DNA from: Candidatus Eiseniibacteriota bacterium
GTDB lineage: Bacteria; Eisenbacteria; RBG-16-71-46
Length of the DNA stretch: 64,000 bases
Direction: 5' to 3'
NCBI GenBank assembly: GCA_044223005.1
Contig: JBGAML010000004.1
Location: 232,920-296,919 of the forward strand
Every line of letters begins with the position of its first letter. Positions within the stretch are counted from its first letter, which is position 1. The notes under the pieces were generated by a model. It had not been told where the DNA came from. It saw only the letters and a program-made list of their open reading frames with translations, and ran no database searches. Positions 48,351 to 63,033 of the stretch are shown here, in pieces. The translations under genes and the position numbers were made by a program.

Positions 48351-49229
48351 ATGATCCGCAGCATGACCGGCTATGGCGCCGCCGAGATCGAACGCAACGG
48401 CCAGCGCCTGAGTGCCGAGATCCGTTCGGTGAACCATCGTTTCTGCGAGGTCTCCGTACGGGCCCCCAAGGGCGTGCTGCTGTTCGAGGACCAGATCCGC
48501 CAGCTGATCCAGGACCGGTTCTCCCGCGGCAAGTTCAACCTCACGATCGCTTGGGCCGGGGCCGGCGGCGAAGGCGAGGTCCTGCGCCTCAACGAAGGCG
48601 TCGCCGATCGCTACGTGGCGCTGATGAACCAGCTGCGCGAGCGCTACAAGGTCGCCGGCGAACTCGACCTGCGCACGCTCGCGACGCTCCCCGACCTGTT
48701 CCAGTGGGAGCACACGGCGATGTCGGACGACGAGACCTGGACGCTCGTGCAGGAACTCGTCGGCCGGTGCTGCGACAGCATGAACCAGATGAAGGCGCGC
48801 GAGGGCGCGGCGCTGGCCGCCGACCTCGAGAAGCGACTCGCGATCATCCGCACCGAGCTGCAGCACGTCTCGACGCGCGCGCCGCTGCGCCCCGTCGAGG
48901 CCAAGGAGCGCATGATGTCGCGCATCAAGGCCCTGCTCGACGACGTCGAGATGGACCCGATCCGGATCGCCCAGGAAGTCGCGATGCTCGCCGACCGGCT
49001 CGACTGCACCGAGGAGTGCGTGCGACTCGACGCGCACCTCGACCAGTTCCGCCACCTCAGCGATGGGCCGGAGCTCGCGGGCCGCAAGCTCAACTTCCTG
49101 CTGCAGGAGATGAACCGCGAAGCGAACACGATCGGCTCCAAGGGCAACGACGTGGAGATCGCGCACGCGGTGATCGTGATGAAGGAAGAAATCGAGCGCC
49201 TGCGCGAGCAGGTGCAGAACGTGGAGTGA
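48351..49229 (+). CDS. yicC: YicC/YloC family endoribonuclease
   Basis: MIRSMTGYG, SVNHRF, GRKLNFLLQEMNREANTIGSK, REQVQNVE. Confidence 0.95.
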   Translation: MIRSMTGYGAAEIERNGQRLSAEIRSVNHRFCEVSVRAPKGVLLFEDQIRQLIQDRFSRGKFNLTIAWAGAGGEGEVLRLNEGVADRYVALMNQLRERYKVAGELDLRTLATLPDLFQWEHTAMSDDETWTLVQELVGRCCDSMNQMKAREGAALAADLEKRLAIIRTELQHVSTRAPLRPVEAKERMMSRIKALLDDVEMDPIRIAQEVAMLADRLDCTEECVRLDAHLDQFRHLSDGPELAGRKLNFLLQEMNREANTIGSKGNDVEIAHAVIVMKEEIERLREQVQNVE

Positions 49230-49231
49230 GG

Positions 49232-49861
49232 GTGCCGCGAGCGAAGAAGCCCGCCGCGACGACGAGCCCCGGCCGCCTGAAGGCCGGCGGATTCGTGCTG
49301 GTCGTCTCGGGTCCGTCGGGCGTCGGGAAGGGCACCCTGGTGGCGGCGCTCATGAAGGCGCGCCCCAACTGCCGCTTCTCGGTCTCGGCGACCACGCGCC
49401 CGCCGCGGCGCGGTGAGCGCCACGGCCGCGAGTACTGGTTCCTGTCGCGCGCGGAGTTCGAGAAGCGCCGTCGCGCGGGCTGGTTCCTCGAATCGGCGAA
49501 GGTCCACGACAACTACTACGGCACTCCGGTGCCGGAGGTGGAGAAGAAGACCCGGTCCGGGCACGTGGTCGTGCTCGACATCGACGTGCAGGGCGGCGCC
49601 AGCGTGCGCCGGGCGCTGCCCGAGGCCGTGTCGGTGTTCGTCGCGCCGCCGTCGGTGGCGGAACTCCGCCGCCGCCTGCTCGGGCGCGCGACCGATTCGG
49701 CCGCGGTGATCCGGACGCGGCTGCGCAACGCCCGGATCGAGATCCCCGAGTACGTGCACTACGATTACCTGGTCGTCAACGACCGGCTGCCCGACGCCAT
49801 CGCGCAGCTGATCGCGATTCACGACGTCGAGCGGCTGAGGGTCGCGCACCTCGCGAGCTGA
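49232..49861 (+). CDS. gmk: Guanylate kinase
   Basis: SGPSGVGKGT, SVSATTRPPR.GE, YYGT, LDIDVQG. GTG start at 49226 or 49232. Confidence 0.95.
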   Translation: MPRAKKPAATTSPGRLKAGGFVLVVSGPSGVGKGTLVAALMKARPNCRFSVSATTRPPRRGERHGREYWFLSRAEFEKRRRAGWFLESAKVHDNYYGTPVPEVEKKTRSGHVVVLDIDVQGGASVRRALPEAVSVFVAPPSVAELRRRLLGRATDSAAVIRTRLRNARIEIPEYVHYDYLVVNDRLPDAIAQLIAIHDVERLRVAHLAS

Positions 49862-49938
49862 AGCCGTCCGCAGCGCCGCCGTCCGTCGGGTGGACGGCGC
49901 GCGCGAGTCCCCACCCGACGCACCACGCGGAGTCCTCC

Positions 49939-50166
49939 ATGAAGCTTTCGTCGCTGGTTCCTCCTCCCGGCAAGAGCAAGTACGAGCTGGCCATCGTGGC
50001 CGCCCGCGAGGCGCGCCGCCTCAACGACTGGACGCGCCGCAGTGGCGAGACGCTGCCGGGCAAGGTCACCGCGGTGGCGCTCGAGCGCGTGATCCACGAC
50101 GACGTGCCGTTCTACTACGAGGATCCGTCCGCGATCCTGGCCACGCCCGAAGCGCCGATCGAGTAG
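49939..50166 (+). CDS. rpoZ: RNA polymerase omega subunit
   Basis: SKYELAIVAAREARRL...KVTAVAL; gmk-rpoZ-coaBC synteny. Confidence 0.88.
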   Translation: MKLSSLVPPPGKSKYELAIVAAREARRLNDWTRRSGETLPGKVTAVALERVIHDDVPFYYEDPSAILATPEAPIE

Positions 50167-50173
50167 GCGCGCC

Positions 50174-51460
50174 GTGCTGCGCGATCGCGTCGTCGTCGTC
50201 GGCGTCAGCGGAGGCATCGCGGCCTACAAGGCGTGCGAGCTCGTGCGCCGGCTGCGCGAGCGGGGCGCCTCGGTGATCGTGGTGATGACCGCCGCCGCGT
50301 GCGAGTTCGTCACGCCGCTCACGTTCCAGGCGCTCTCGGGCAACCCGGTCGTCACGACGCTCTGGGGCGACCAGAAGCCCCGCTTCGACCTGCCGCTCGA
50401 GTCGCAGCGGAAGCTGGGCGGTCGCGTCGAGCACGTCGACGTGGCCGAGGTCGCGGACTGCCTCGTGATCGCGCCAGCCACCGCCGACCTCATGGCGCGC
50501 ATGGTCCACGGCGAGGCGCCGGACGCGCTCACGTGCTTGGCGCTCGCGACGTCGGCGCCGCTCGTGGTCGCGCCGGCGATGGACCTCAAGATGTGGCGTG
50601 CGTCCGCGACGCAGGCGAACGTCCGGGCGCTGCGCGCGCGCGGCGCCCGCATCGTGGATCCCGGGACCGGTTTCCTCGCCTCCGGGCTCTCCGGCCCCGG
50701 CCGGCTCGCCGAGATCGCCGACATCGTCGCGGCCGTCGAGAAGGCGGTCGAAGCCCGCGCGAGCCTGCAGGGGCTGCGCGTACTGGTGTCGGCCGGCCGC
50801 ACCGAGGAGCCGCTGGATCCGGTGCGCGTGCTCACCAATCGCTCGAGCGGCCGCATGGGTTTCGCGCTGGCCGAAGCCGCGCGCGACCGCGGCGCAGACG
50901 TGACGGTGGTGGCGGGCCCGGTGAGCGTGGAGGCCCCGCACGGCGTGACGCTCGTGCCCGTCGTGACCGCCGACGAGATGCACCGCGCGATGCGCGGCGC
51001 CGCGCCGCACGCCGATCTCGTGATCATGGCCGCGGCCGTCGCCGACTACCGCCCGCGCACCGTGTCGAAGGCGAAGCTCAAGCGCACGGCCGACCCGCTC
51101 GTGCTCGCGCTCGAGCCCAATCCCGACGTGCTCGCGAGCCTCGCGAAGGCGCGCAAGCCCGGGCAGACGTTCGTCGGTTTCGCGCTCGAGACGAACGACG
51201 GCGTCGCGAACGCGCGCCGGAAGCTCGCGGCCAAGGGCGTCGACCTGATCGTGCTCAACGCGCCTTCGGACGGGATCGGCACCGAGACCAACCGCGTCAC
51301 GCTGGTCGACGCGAAGCACGTGACGCCGCTGCCCGCCGCAGGCAAGCGCGACGTGGCCGAGGCGATCCTCGATCGCGCGTTGGCGATGCGGCCCGGCCGC
51401 ACGCGCCCGCGCGCCCGCCGCGCGGCGCCGCGAGCCCAGCGCCGGAAGGGAACGCGATGA
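50174..51460 (+). CDS. coaBC: Phosphopantothenoylcysteine decarboxylase/ligase
   Basis: [45 protein letters not shown]. Confidence 0.95.
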   Translation: MLRDRVVVVGVSGGIAAYKACELVRRLRERGASVIVVMTAAACEFVTPLTFQALSGNPVVTTLWGDQKPRFDLPLESQRKLGGRVEHVDVAEVADCLVIAPATADLMARMVHGEAPDALTCLALATSAPLVVAPAMDLKMWRASATQANVRALRARGARIVDPGTGFLASGLSGPGRLAEIADIVAAVEKAVEARASLQGLRVLVSAGRTEEPLDPVRVLTNRSSGRMGFALAEAARDRGADVTVVAGPVSVEAPHGVTLVPVVTADEMHRAMRGAAPHADLVIMAAAVADYRPRTVSKAKLKRTADPLVLALEPNPDVLASLAKARKPGQTFVGFALETNDGVANARRKLAAKGVDLIVLNAPSDGIGTETNRVTLVDAKHVTPLPAAGKRDVAEAILDRALAMRPGRTRPRARRAAPRAQRRKGTR

Positions 51461-52434
51461 GCGATCCGCGCGACGAAGCCGCCGCGATCACGCGCGCCGC
51501 GCGCCGCCTGGTCGAGCGCCAGCGCGCGCTGGGCGGCGGCGAGCTGCTCGCCGCGGGCGTCGCGCGCGAGCTGGCGACGGCGCGCAAGGCCGCCGCGTCG
51601 CGGCCCGTGCCCGAGCCGGCGCCGGCAGTCGCGACGGTGGCGGAGCCCGCGGTCACCGCGGCCCCGGCCGCGCCGCGCGAGGCGTTCACGCTGACCGCGC
51701 CCGAGCCGCCGGCGCCCGCGCCCGCGCCTGCGACGCGTGCCGTGCCCGCACCGGCCGAGACCGCGAAGCCGTACGAGCCGCTGCCGTCGTTCACCGACGA
51801 CCTCTGGCCGTCGGCGCACGCGGGCGGTCGCTCCGCGCTGCACACCGCGTCGCTGCCCGTGCTGCAGGAGATCGCGACGCAGGCCTGCGCGTGCGAGAAG
51901 TGCGGACTCAGCCAGACGCGCACCAAGGTCGTGCCCGGGATCGGCTCGGCCGCGAGCGGCATCGTGTTCGTGGGCGAGGCGCCGGGTGCGGACGAGGACG
52001 CGCGCGGCGAGCCGTTCGTCGGCCGCGCGGGCGAACTGCTCACGCGCATGATCGCCGCGATGGACGAAAAGCAGCTGATCCCCGGCGTGCCGCTCAATCG
52101 CGAGACGGTCTACATCTGCAACGTGCTCAAGTGCCGGCCGCCCGACAATCGCAACCCGCTCCCGCACGAGATCGAAGCCTGCTCGCCGTACGTCATGCGG
52201 CAGCTCGAGGTGCTGCAGCCGCGCATCATCTGCTGCCTCGGCAAGTTCGCCGCCGAGCTGCTGCTCGGCGTGAAGGGCATGACCATCTCGAGCATGCGCG
52301 GCAAGACGTACCGCTGGCGCGGTGCCAAGCTCGTCGTGACCTACCATCCCGCGTATTGCCTGCGCAGCCCGAGCGCCAAGCGTCCCGTGTGGGACGACCT
52401 GCAGCGCCTCGCGCAGGAGTACCTCACCGACTGA
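51457..52434 (+). CDS. Family 4 uracil-DNA glycosylase with Pro/Ala-rich N-terminal extension
   Basis: [36 protein letters not shown]. Confidence 0.92.
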   Translation: MSDPRDEAAAITRAARRLVERQRALGGGELLAAGVARELATARKAAASRPVPEPAPAVATVAEPAVTAAPAAPREAFTLTAPEPPAPAPAPATRAVPAPAETAKPYEPLPSFTDDLWPSAHAGGRSALHTASLPVLQEIATQACACEKCGLSQTRTKVVPGIGSAASGIVFVGEAPGADEDARGEPFVGRAGELLTRMIAAMDEKQLIPGVPLNRETVYICNVLKCRPPDNRNPLPHEIEACSPYVMRQLEVLQPRIICCLGKFAAELLLGVKGMTISSMRGKTYRWRGAKLVVTYHPAYCLRSPSAKRPVWDDLQRLAQEYLTD

Positions 52435-52469
52435 CCTTCCTGCGGGCGTTCGCGCCCGGGAGGCGAACC

Positions 52470-56393
<3,924 letters not shown>

Positions 56394-56396
56394 TCC

Positions 56397-57197
56397 GTGG
56401 CCGAGCTTCCGGTGTGGGGCCTCGAGTACGTGCGCCAGCGCGTGCTCGACGCCTTCGCGGAGGTGGGCCGGATCTCGCTGCTGGTGCTCGAGACGTTCCG
56501 CACGCTCGGACGCGGGCTGCGGGCGTTCCGGCTCGTGCTCGAGCAGATGGACGCGATCGGCGTGCAGTCGCTGATGCTCGTCGTCATCGTCAGCCTCTTC
56601 ACCGGCGCGGTGGCCGCGGTGCAGGCGGCCTACCAGTTCTCGAGCGTCGTGCCGCTCAAGTACATCGGCTCGGTGATCCTGCGCTCGGTGATCATCGAGC
56701 TGGGCCCGGTGCTCACCGCCCTCATCGTGGGCGGCCGCGTCGGCTCCTCGATCGCGGCGGAACTCGGGACCATGCGCGTCACCGAGCAGATCGATGCGCT
56801 CGAGGCCATGGGCATCAACCCGGTGCGCTACCTGGTCGTGCCGCGCGTCGTCGCCGCGGTGATCATGCTGCCCGTGCTCACGGTCCTGTCCGATGCGATC
56901 GCGGTGTTCGGCGGCTACGTGGTCGCCGTGACGAGCCTCGGGGTGAGCACGCACACCTACGTGGTCGGGCTGAAGCAGTTCTTCTACATGAAGGACCTGT
57001 GGTCGGGGCTTCTCAAGGCCGTGTTCTTCGGGGCGATCATCGGCTGGATGGGCTGCTACCACGGCTTCCGCACCGAGGGCGGCGCCGAAGGCGTCGGGCG
57101 CGCCACCACGCGCGCCGTCGTCTCGTCGTGCGTGCAGGTGCTGATCATCGACTACGTGCTGGCCAACGTCCTCTTCCGGATCCTGTTCGCGTCATGA
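56397..57197 (+). CDS. mlaE: MlaE family ABC permease
   Basis: ELGPVLTALIVGGRVGSSIAAELGTMRVTEQIDAL, GGAEGVGRATT. Confidence 0.93.
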   Translation: MAELPVWGLEYVRQRVLDAFAEVGRISLLVLETFRTLGRGLRAFRLVLEQMDAIGVQSLMLVVIVSLFTGAVAAVQAAYQFSSVVPLKYIGSVILRSVIIELGPVLTALIVGGRVGSSIAAELGTMRVTEQIDALEAMGINPVRYLVVPRVVAAVIMLPVLTVLSDAIAVFGGYVVAVTSLGVSTHTYVVGLKQFFYMKDLWSGLLKAVFFGAIIGWMGCYHGFRTEGGAEGVGRATTRAVVSSCVQVLIIDYVLANVLFRILFAS

Positions 57198-57940
57198 TCG
57201 AGATCCGGGGCTTGCGCAAGGTGCTCGGGCGGCGCGCCGTGCTCGACGGTGTCGACCTCGACGTCCCCACGGGGAAGACGGTCGTCGTCATGGGGCGCAG
57301 CGGCACGGGCAAGAGCGTCCTGCTCAAGCACATCATCGGGCTCATGCACCCGGACGCGGGCTCGATCCGAGTGGATGGGCAGGACGTGGTCGGGCTCGCC
57401 GAACGCCCGCTGCACGAGGTGCGCCGGCGCTTCGGGTTGCTCTTCCAGGGCGCGGCGCTCTTCGATTCGCTCACCGTGGGCGAGAACGTGGGGCTGCCGC
57501 TGCGCGAGCACACGCGGCTCTCCGAGGACGAGATCCGACGCCGGGTCGCCGAGCGGCTCGAGTGGGTGGGGCTCCAGGGGGTCGAGGGCATGAAGCCGGC
57601 GTCGCTCTCGGGCGGCATGCGCAAGCGCGTCGGGCTGGCGCGTGCGATCGCCATGGATCCGGCGTATATCCTGTACGACGAACCCACGACCGGGCTCGAC
57701 CCGATCATGTCCGACGTCATCAACCGCCTCATCCGCTCGCTGCAGGAACGGATCGGGGTCACGAGCGTGGTGGTCACCCACGACATGAACAGCGCGTTCC
57801 ACGTGGCGGACCACATGGCGATGCTGCACGAGGGCCGGGTCGTGTTCACGGGCACCCCCGACGAGGTGCGTGCGACGAAGGACCCGCTCGTGAGACAGTT
57901 CATCGAGGGCTCCAGCGTGGGCCCGATCCAGCCGCTCTGA
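57194..57940 (+). CDS. mlaF: MlaF family ABC ATPase
   Basis: GRSGTGKS, FQGAALFDSL, LSGGMRKRV, YDEPTTGLDP. Confidence 0.93.
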   Translation: MIEIRGLRKVLGRRAVLDGVDLDVPTGKTVVVMGRSGTGKSVLLKHIIGLMHPDAGSIRVDGQDVVGLAERPLHEVRRRFGLLFQGAALFDSLTVGENVGLPLREHTRLSEDEIRRRVAERLEWVGLQGVEGMKPASLSGGMRKRVGLARAIAMDPAYILYDEPTTGLDPIMSDVINRLIRSLQERIGVTSVVVTHDMNSAFHVADHMAMLHEGRVVFTGTPDEVRATKDPLVRQFIEGSSVGPIQPL

Positions 57941-57953
57941 CGAGGAGAACGAC

Positions 57954-58847
57954 GTGAGCCGACGAACCGAGATCCAGGTGGGCGTGACCGTTCTGGTGGC
58001 GCTGGTCGTGCTGCTCTGGGGCGTGACCTGGCTCAAGGAGTTCGGTCTGCAGAAGCGCCTCACGGTGTGGCACGTGCGGTTCCCGCAGACCGGCGGCCTC
58101 GGCGCGAGCGACGAAGTGCTGGTCAACGGCATCCGCAAGGGAGCCGTCTCGAAGTTGCAGCTGGCGGGCGACCAGGTGGTGGTGGACCTGTCGCTGGCGT
58201 CCGACGTGCGACTGACCACCGACAGCCGGGTCGCGATCCGCAACGTGGGCCTGATGGGCGAGAAGATCATCGCGGTCGACCTCAGCCTGACGGGCCGGCC
58301 CTACACCGCGCGCGACACGATCTCGGGCATCTTCGAACAGGGACTGCCCGAAGTGCTCGCGAACCTGGGCGGCACCATGACCGCCATCGACCGGCTCGCG
58401 CACGACCTCGAGATCGTCTCGGGCAACCTGCGCGCGAACGGCGACCTCGAGAAGACGCTGGCCAACTTCCGCTCGACGAGCGAGGAGATCCATGCGGCGG
58501 TCGCCGACAACCGCGAGCTGCTGCACCGCACGCTGACGGATGCGAGCGAGGCGGCGGGCGCCGCGAAGGAGCTGACGGCCGATCGCAAGGAGCAGCTGGT
58601 GCGGACGCTGGACACGATCGAGCGCTCGGCGCAGAACATCGAGCGGCTCTCGTATCGCATGGACTCGCTCCGCGCACAGGTGCAGGTGCTCGCGAACCGC
58701 GTCGACAAGGGCGACGGCACGCTCGGGCAGCTGGTCAACGACCGCAAGCTCTACGACGACGTGCGGGCTTCCGTGAGCTCGCTCAACGCCCTCATCGAGG
58801 ACGTGAAGAAGAACCCGAAGAAGTACCTCCACGTCAGTGTCTTCTGA
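57954..58847 (+). CDS. mlaD: MlaD/MCE family protein
   Basis: N-terminal TM, GGL...V.VNG...G.V, GLMGEK, coiled coil, GTLGQLVND..LY. Confidence 0.9.
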   Translation: MSRRTEIQVGVTVLVALVVLLWGVTWLKEFGLQKRLTVWHVRFPQTGGLGASDEVLVNGIRKGAVSKLQLAGDQVVVDLSLASDVRLTTDSRVAIRNVGLMGEKIIAVDLSLTGRPYTARDTISGIFEQGLPEVLANLGGTMTAIDRLAHDLEIVSGNLRANGDLEKTLANFRSTSEEIHAAVADNRELLHRTLTDASEAAGAAKELTADRKEQLVRTLDTIERSAQNIERLSYRMDSLRAQVQVLANRVDKGDGTLGQLVNDRKLYDDVRASVSSLNALIEDVKKNPKKYLHVSVF

Positions 58848-58871
58848 CCGGCGCCTCCGCACGAGACCGAC

Positions 58872-60365
58872 ATGACCCGCACCACCAAGACGTCCCGGTC
58901 CACCTACTACTGCACGGCCTGCGGCAACGAGCAGCCGCGCTGGTTCGGCCATTGCCCGGCTTGCGGCGAATGGAACACGGCCGCCGAGTCGCCCGCCGGC
59001 GGCGCGGGTAAGTCCGGCGCCGCCCCACGCCGCACCGGCGCGAAGCGCTGGGTGCCCGCGGGCGCGGCCGGTCCGGCCGCCGGGCCCGTGCCGCTCGCCG
59101 ACGTCGAGCTCGCGCAGGCCGAGCGCACGCGCACCGGCCTGCGCGAGATCGACCGCGTGCTGGGCGGCGGGCTGGTGCCCGGATCGCTGCTGCTGGTCGG
59201 CGGCGATCCGGGCATCGGGAAGAGCACGCTGCTCCTGCAGCTGGCGATGGCGCTGGCGCGCGAGGGCCGCAAGCTCCTCTACGTGTCGGGCGAGGAGAGC
59301 GAGCAGCAGATCCGACTGCGTGCGCGCCGGCTGGGCGAGGTGCCGCCGAACCTGCTGTTGCTCTGCGAGACGGACCTCGAGGCCGTGCTCGAGGCCGCGG
59401 CTCAGGTGAAACCCGACGTGCTGATCGTGGATTCCATCCAGACGCTCGCGCGCGCGGACCTGGAGGGCGGCGCCGGCTCGGTGACGCAGGTGCGCGAATG
59501 CGCGCTGGCGCTGCTGCACTTCGCCAAGGGCTCGCGGACGCCGGTGTTCCTGGTCGGCCACGTCACCAAGGACGGTGGCGTCGCGGGACCGCGCGTGCTC
59601 GAGCACATGGTCGACGCGGTGCTCTACCTCGAGGGCGAGCGCTACCAGCACTACCGCGTGCTGCGCGCGGCCAAGAACCGCTTCGGCTCGACCAACGAGC
59701 TCGGCGTGTTCGAGATGCTCGACGCGGGGCTGCGCGAGGTACCCAACCCGAGCGAGGCGTTCCTGTCGGACGGGAACCGCACCGAGCCCGGCGTGGCCGT
59801 GGTCGCGAGCCTCGAAGGCACGCGGCCGCTGCTGGTCGAAGTGCAGGCCCTGGTCTCCACGTCGTTCTACGGCACGCCGCAGCGCGTGACGAGCGGTTTC
59901 GATCCGCGCCGTCTCGCGGTGCTGATCGCCGTGCTCGAGCGCCGGGTCGGGCTCAAGCTCGGGCGGCACGACGTGTTCGTCACGGTGACCGGCGGGCTCA
60001 CGCTGGACGATCCCGGTACCGACCTCGGCGTGGCGCTCGCGATCGCGTCGAGCTACCGCAGCCGGCCGCTGCTCGAACGTACGCTCGCCCTGGGCGAGGT
60101 GAGCCTCTCGGGCGAGCTGCGCCGGGTCGCGCGGCTCGACGCGCGGCTGCGCGAGGCGGCGCAGATGGGCTTCGTGCGCGCCGGATTCCCGCGCGCGCAG
60201 GCCGCCGACGCCGAGGGCGTGGCGCTGCAGGCGGTGCCGCTGGCCACCGTGCGCGAGGCGTTCGAGGCATTGCTCGGCGAGCGTGTCGCGCCGCCGCGCG
60301 ACGCCGAATCGAAGCCGGGCGCGCCTCCCGCCGCGGGCACGCGAAACGGGGAGGGCCGCGCGTGA
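58872..60365 (+). CDS. radA: DNA repair protein RadA/Sms
   Basis: CTACG...CPACGEWN, GGDPGIGKSTL, KNRFG, Lon-like C-terminus. Confidence 0.97.
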   Translation: MTRTTKTSRSTYYCTACGNEQPRWFGHCPACGEWNTAAESPAGGAGKSGAAPRRTGAKRWVPAGAAGPAAGPVPLADVELAQAERTRTGLREIDRVLGGGLVPGSLLLVGGDPGIGKSTLLLQLAMALAREGRKLLYVSGEESEQQIRLRARRLGEVPPNLLLLCETDLEAVLEAAAQVKPDVLIVDSIQTLARADLEGGAGSVTQVRECALALLHFAKGSRTPVFLVGHVTKDGGVAGPRVLEHMVDAVLYLEGERYQHYRVLRAAKNRFGSTNELGVFEMLDAGLREVPNPSEAFLSDGNRTEPGVAVVASLEGTRPLLVEVQALVSTSFYGTPQRVTSGFDPRRLAVLIAVLERRVGLKLGRHDVFVTVTGGLTLDDPGTDLGVALAIASSYRSRPLLERTLALGEVSLSGELRRVARLDARLREAAQMGFVRAGFPRAQAADAEGVALQAVPLATVREAFEALLGERVAPPRDAESKPGAPPAAGTRNGEGRA

Positions 60366-60856
60366 GCGGCGGAACGAACGGCGTGCCGCTCAGCCGCTCG
60401 GCGCAGCGCGTCCAGGACGCGCTCGTGGCGGCGGGGTTCGCCAACCGTGTGCTCGAGCTGGCCGAGCCGGTCAAGACGGCGCAGGCGGCTGCCGACGCGG
60501 TGGGCTGCACGGCGGCGCAGATCGTGAAGAGCCTCGTCTTCCGCGGCACCGCCAGCGGCCGGGCCGTGATGGTCGTGGCGAGCGGCGCCAATCGCGTCGA
60601 CACCGGGCGGCTCGCGGCGCTGGTCGGCGAACCGGTCACGATGGGAGATCCCAAGTTCGTGCGCGCGGTGACCGGGTTCGCGATCGGGGGCATCCCGCCG
60701 GTCGGGCACGCGCAGCCGCTCGACATCGTGATCGACGCGCACCTGACGACGTTCGAGGCGCTCTGGGCGGCGGCCGGCCACCCGAACTCGCTCTTTCCCC
60801 TGACGCCCGACGAACTCCTGCGCATGACGCGCGGGCGGGTGGCGGAGATCGCGTGA
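60362..60856 (+). CDS. YbaK/EbsC family aminoacyl-tRNA deacylase
   Basis: TAQAAADAVG...QIVKSL, TGFAIGGIPPVG, WAAAG. Confidence 0.9.
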   Translation: MSGGTNGVPLSRSAQRVQDALVAAGFANRVLELAEPVKTAQAAADAVGCTAAQIVKSLVFRGTASGRAVMVVASGANRVDTGRLAALVGEPVTMGDPKFVRAVTGFAIGGIPPVGHAQPLDIVIDAHLTTFEALWAAAGHPNSLFPLTPDELLRMTRGRVAEIA

Positions 60857-61551
60857 GCACCGCGGCCATCCTGCTCTGCGCAGGCCGGGGCGAGCGGCTG
60901 GGCGCCGACGTCCCCAAGGCGTTCGTCCCTCTGGCCGGGCGGCCACTCTTCGCGTGGAGTCTCGCCGCGCTGCAGGCGTGCCCCGCCGTGGATGCCATCG
61001 TGGTCGTGGGGCCGCTGCCCACGACGCGCGAGTTGCTCGCGGCGAGCGGCGGCTCGTTCGACCGCGTCGTCGCGTTCGTGGAAGGCGGCGCGGAGCGGCA
61101 GCACTCGGTCGCGCGCGGCCTCGCCGCGGTGCCGGCGGAGCACGCGTTCGTCGCGGTGCACGACGCGGCCCGCGCGCTCGTGACGCCGGGCGTGATCGCG
61201 CGCGCGATCGCCGCGGGCCGCGAGCACGGCGCCGCGATCGCCGCGGTGCCGCTGGCCGACACGCTCAAGCAGGTGGCGGACGGCCGCATCGTCGCCACCC
61301 CGCCGCGCGCGGGGCTGTGGCTCGCGCAGACGCCGCAGGTGTTCCGGCGCGACTGGCTCGAGGCCGCGCACGCGGCGGCAACGGCCACGGCGACGGACGA
61401 CGCCGCGCTCGTGGAGGCGCAGGGCCATGGCGTCCGGGTCGCCGAGGGCGATCCGCTCAACTTCAAGATCACGACACCGGCCGATCACGCGCTCGCCGAA
61501 GCGTGGCTCGCGCGCGGCACGGCGTCGGAACCGGCGGGAGGCCGATCGTGA
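60853..61551 (+). CDS. ispD: 2-C-methyl-D-erythritol 4-phosphate cytidylyltransferase
   Basis: AGRGERLG..PK, GGAERQHSV, VHDAAR, QTPQVF, TDDA, NFKITT. Confidence 0.94.
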   Translation: MSTAAILLCAGRGERLGADVPKAFVPLAGRPLFAWSLAALQACPAVDAIVVVGPLPTTRELLAASGGSFDRVVAFVEGGAERQHSVARGLAAVPAEHAFVAVHDAARALVTPGVIARAIAAGREHGAAIAAVPLADTLKQVADGRIVATPPRAGLWLAQTPQVFRRDWLEAAHAAATATATDDAALVEAQGHGVRVAEGDPLNFKITTPADHALAEAWLARGTASEPAGGRS

Positions 61552-62039
61552 ATCTCCGCGTGGGCATGGGTTACGACGTCCACCGCATCGCCCCCGGCCG
61601 GCCGCTCGTGCTGGGCGGCGTGCGCTTCGAGAGCGACTGGGGGCTGGACGGGCACAGCGACGCGGACGTGATCGCGCACGCGATCGCGGACGCGCTGCTG
61701 GGCGCCGCCGGACTCGGCGACCTCGGGACGCACTTCCCGCCCGGCGAGTCGCGCTGGAAGGACGCGTCGAGCCTCGACCTGCTGCGGATCGTGGCCGCGA
61801 AGCTCGCCGAGGCCGGCGCCCGCGTCGCGAATGTGGACGCGATGGTCGTCGCCGAGGCACCGAAGCTCGCCCCGCACCGGGCGGCGATGGTGGCGAACCT
61901 CGCCGGCGCGCTCGGGATCGACGCGGCGTGCGTGAGCGTCAAGGCGACGACGAACGAGCAGCTCGGTGCGTTCGGCCGTCGCGAGGGCATCGCGGCGATG
62001 GCCGTGGCGCTCGTCGAAACGGGCCGGCTCGCGTCCTGA
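61548..62039 (+). CDS. ispF: 2-C-methyl-D-erythritol 2,4-cyclodiphosphate synthase
   Basis: RVGMGYDVH, GHSDADV, DALLGA, SVKATTNE.LG..GR.EGIAA. Confidence 0.95.
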   Translation: MNLRVGMGYDVHRIAPGRPLVLGGVRFESDWGLDGHSDADVIAHAIADALLGAAGLGDLGTHFPPGESRWKDASSLDLLRIVAAKLAEAGARVANVDAMVVAEAPKLAPHRAAMVANLAGALGIDAACVSVKATTNEQLGAFGRREGIAAMAVALVETGRLAS

Positions 62040-62547
62040 CGATTCCGCGACGTTCGTCGCGAATCGCACGATTCCCCGCGTTTCCGCCGCGCCACGCGCC
62101 CGCGTGCGCAATTGACCGCGCGTGCGTGAGCTGCGTTCCGCGTGCCCCGCCGGGCGCGCGCTCCGCCACGGTGGGCTTTCGGGAACGAACTTGCGATGCC
62201 TCAAGGATCGTCGCGGAAACCCGAGACGAGCCGGAACAGGAACACTCCCGGCGGGGACCGCATGTCGCGGCCACGCCCAGGACGGCGTGCACTTCGTACC
62301 GGCCCCACGGCGGTGACGAGGCACGTCCGACGACGCGCACGATCGCCCCTCGCGACGCGCGCGCTCGTCCGCCGCCGGGACCGGAGGGGTCATGCAGCGA
62401 CCTGCGCGCCGCACCGTCCGCCGCAAGGTGGGCGAACCGGAAGCCACGCGGGACTCGATCGGTACGGAACTCGATCGCTCGTCCGTGTCGCCGACCGAAG
62501 CCCCCGCGATCGCGGAACCTCCGACGATCACTCGAAAGGAGCCGGTG

Positions 62548-63033
62548 ATGAGCACGAGTCCCCATGCCGACGTCGCGTCCCTGACCGCCGATCGGCACCA
62601 GTTCCTCACCTTCTCGCTGGGCCAGGAAGAGTACGGCATCGAAATCCTGCGAGTGCAGGAGATCAAGGGTTACACCGCAATCACGCCGATCCCGAACACG
62701 CCCAATCACATCAAGGGCGTGATGAACCTGCGGGGCACCGTGATCCCGGTCGTCGACCTGCGGATCAAGTTCGGCCTGGCGGACGCCGAGGTGAACCGGT
62801 TCACGGTCGTGATCGTGGTCACGGTCGGCGATCGCGTCGTGGGCCTGGTCGTCGATGCCGTCTCCGACGTGCTCGACGTCGCCGCGAGCGAACTCGTGCC
62901 CGCGCCCGAGATGGGCGCCGGCGTCGACACGTCGTTCCTGACCGGCATGGCGAAGTCCGAGGACCGCCTCATCTCGCTGCTCGCGATCGAGCGCGTCGTG
63001 GGCGAGCAGGTTCCCGAGGCCGTCGCGGCCTGA
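62548..63033 (+). CDS. cheW: Chemotaxis coupling protein
   Basis: AAGGAG RBS; FLTFSL..EEYGI.I..VQEI, GVMNLRG.VIPVVDLR, GLVVDAVSDV. Confidence 0.95.
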   Translation: MSTSPHADVASLTADRHQFLTFSLGQEEYGIEILRVQEIKGYTAITPIPNTPNHIKGVMNLRGTVIPVVDLRIKFGLADAEVNRFTVVIVVTVGDRVVGLVVDAVSDVLDVAASELVPAPEMGAGVDTSFLTGMAKSEDRLISLLAIERVVGEQVPEAVAA

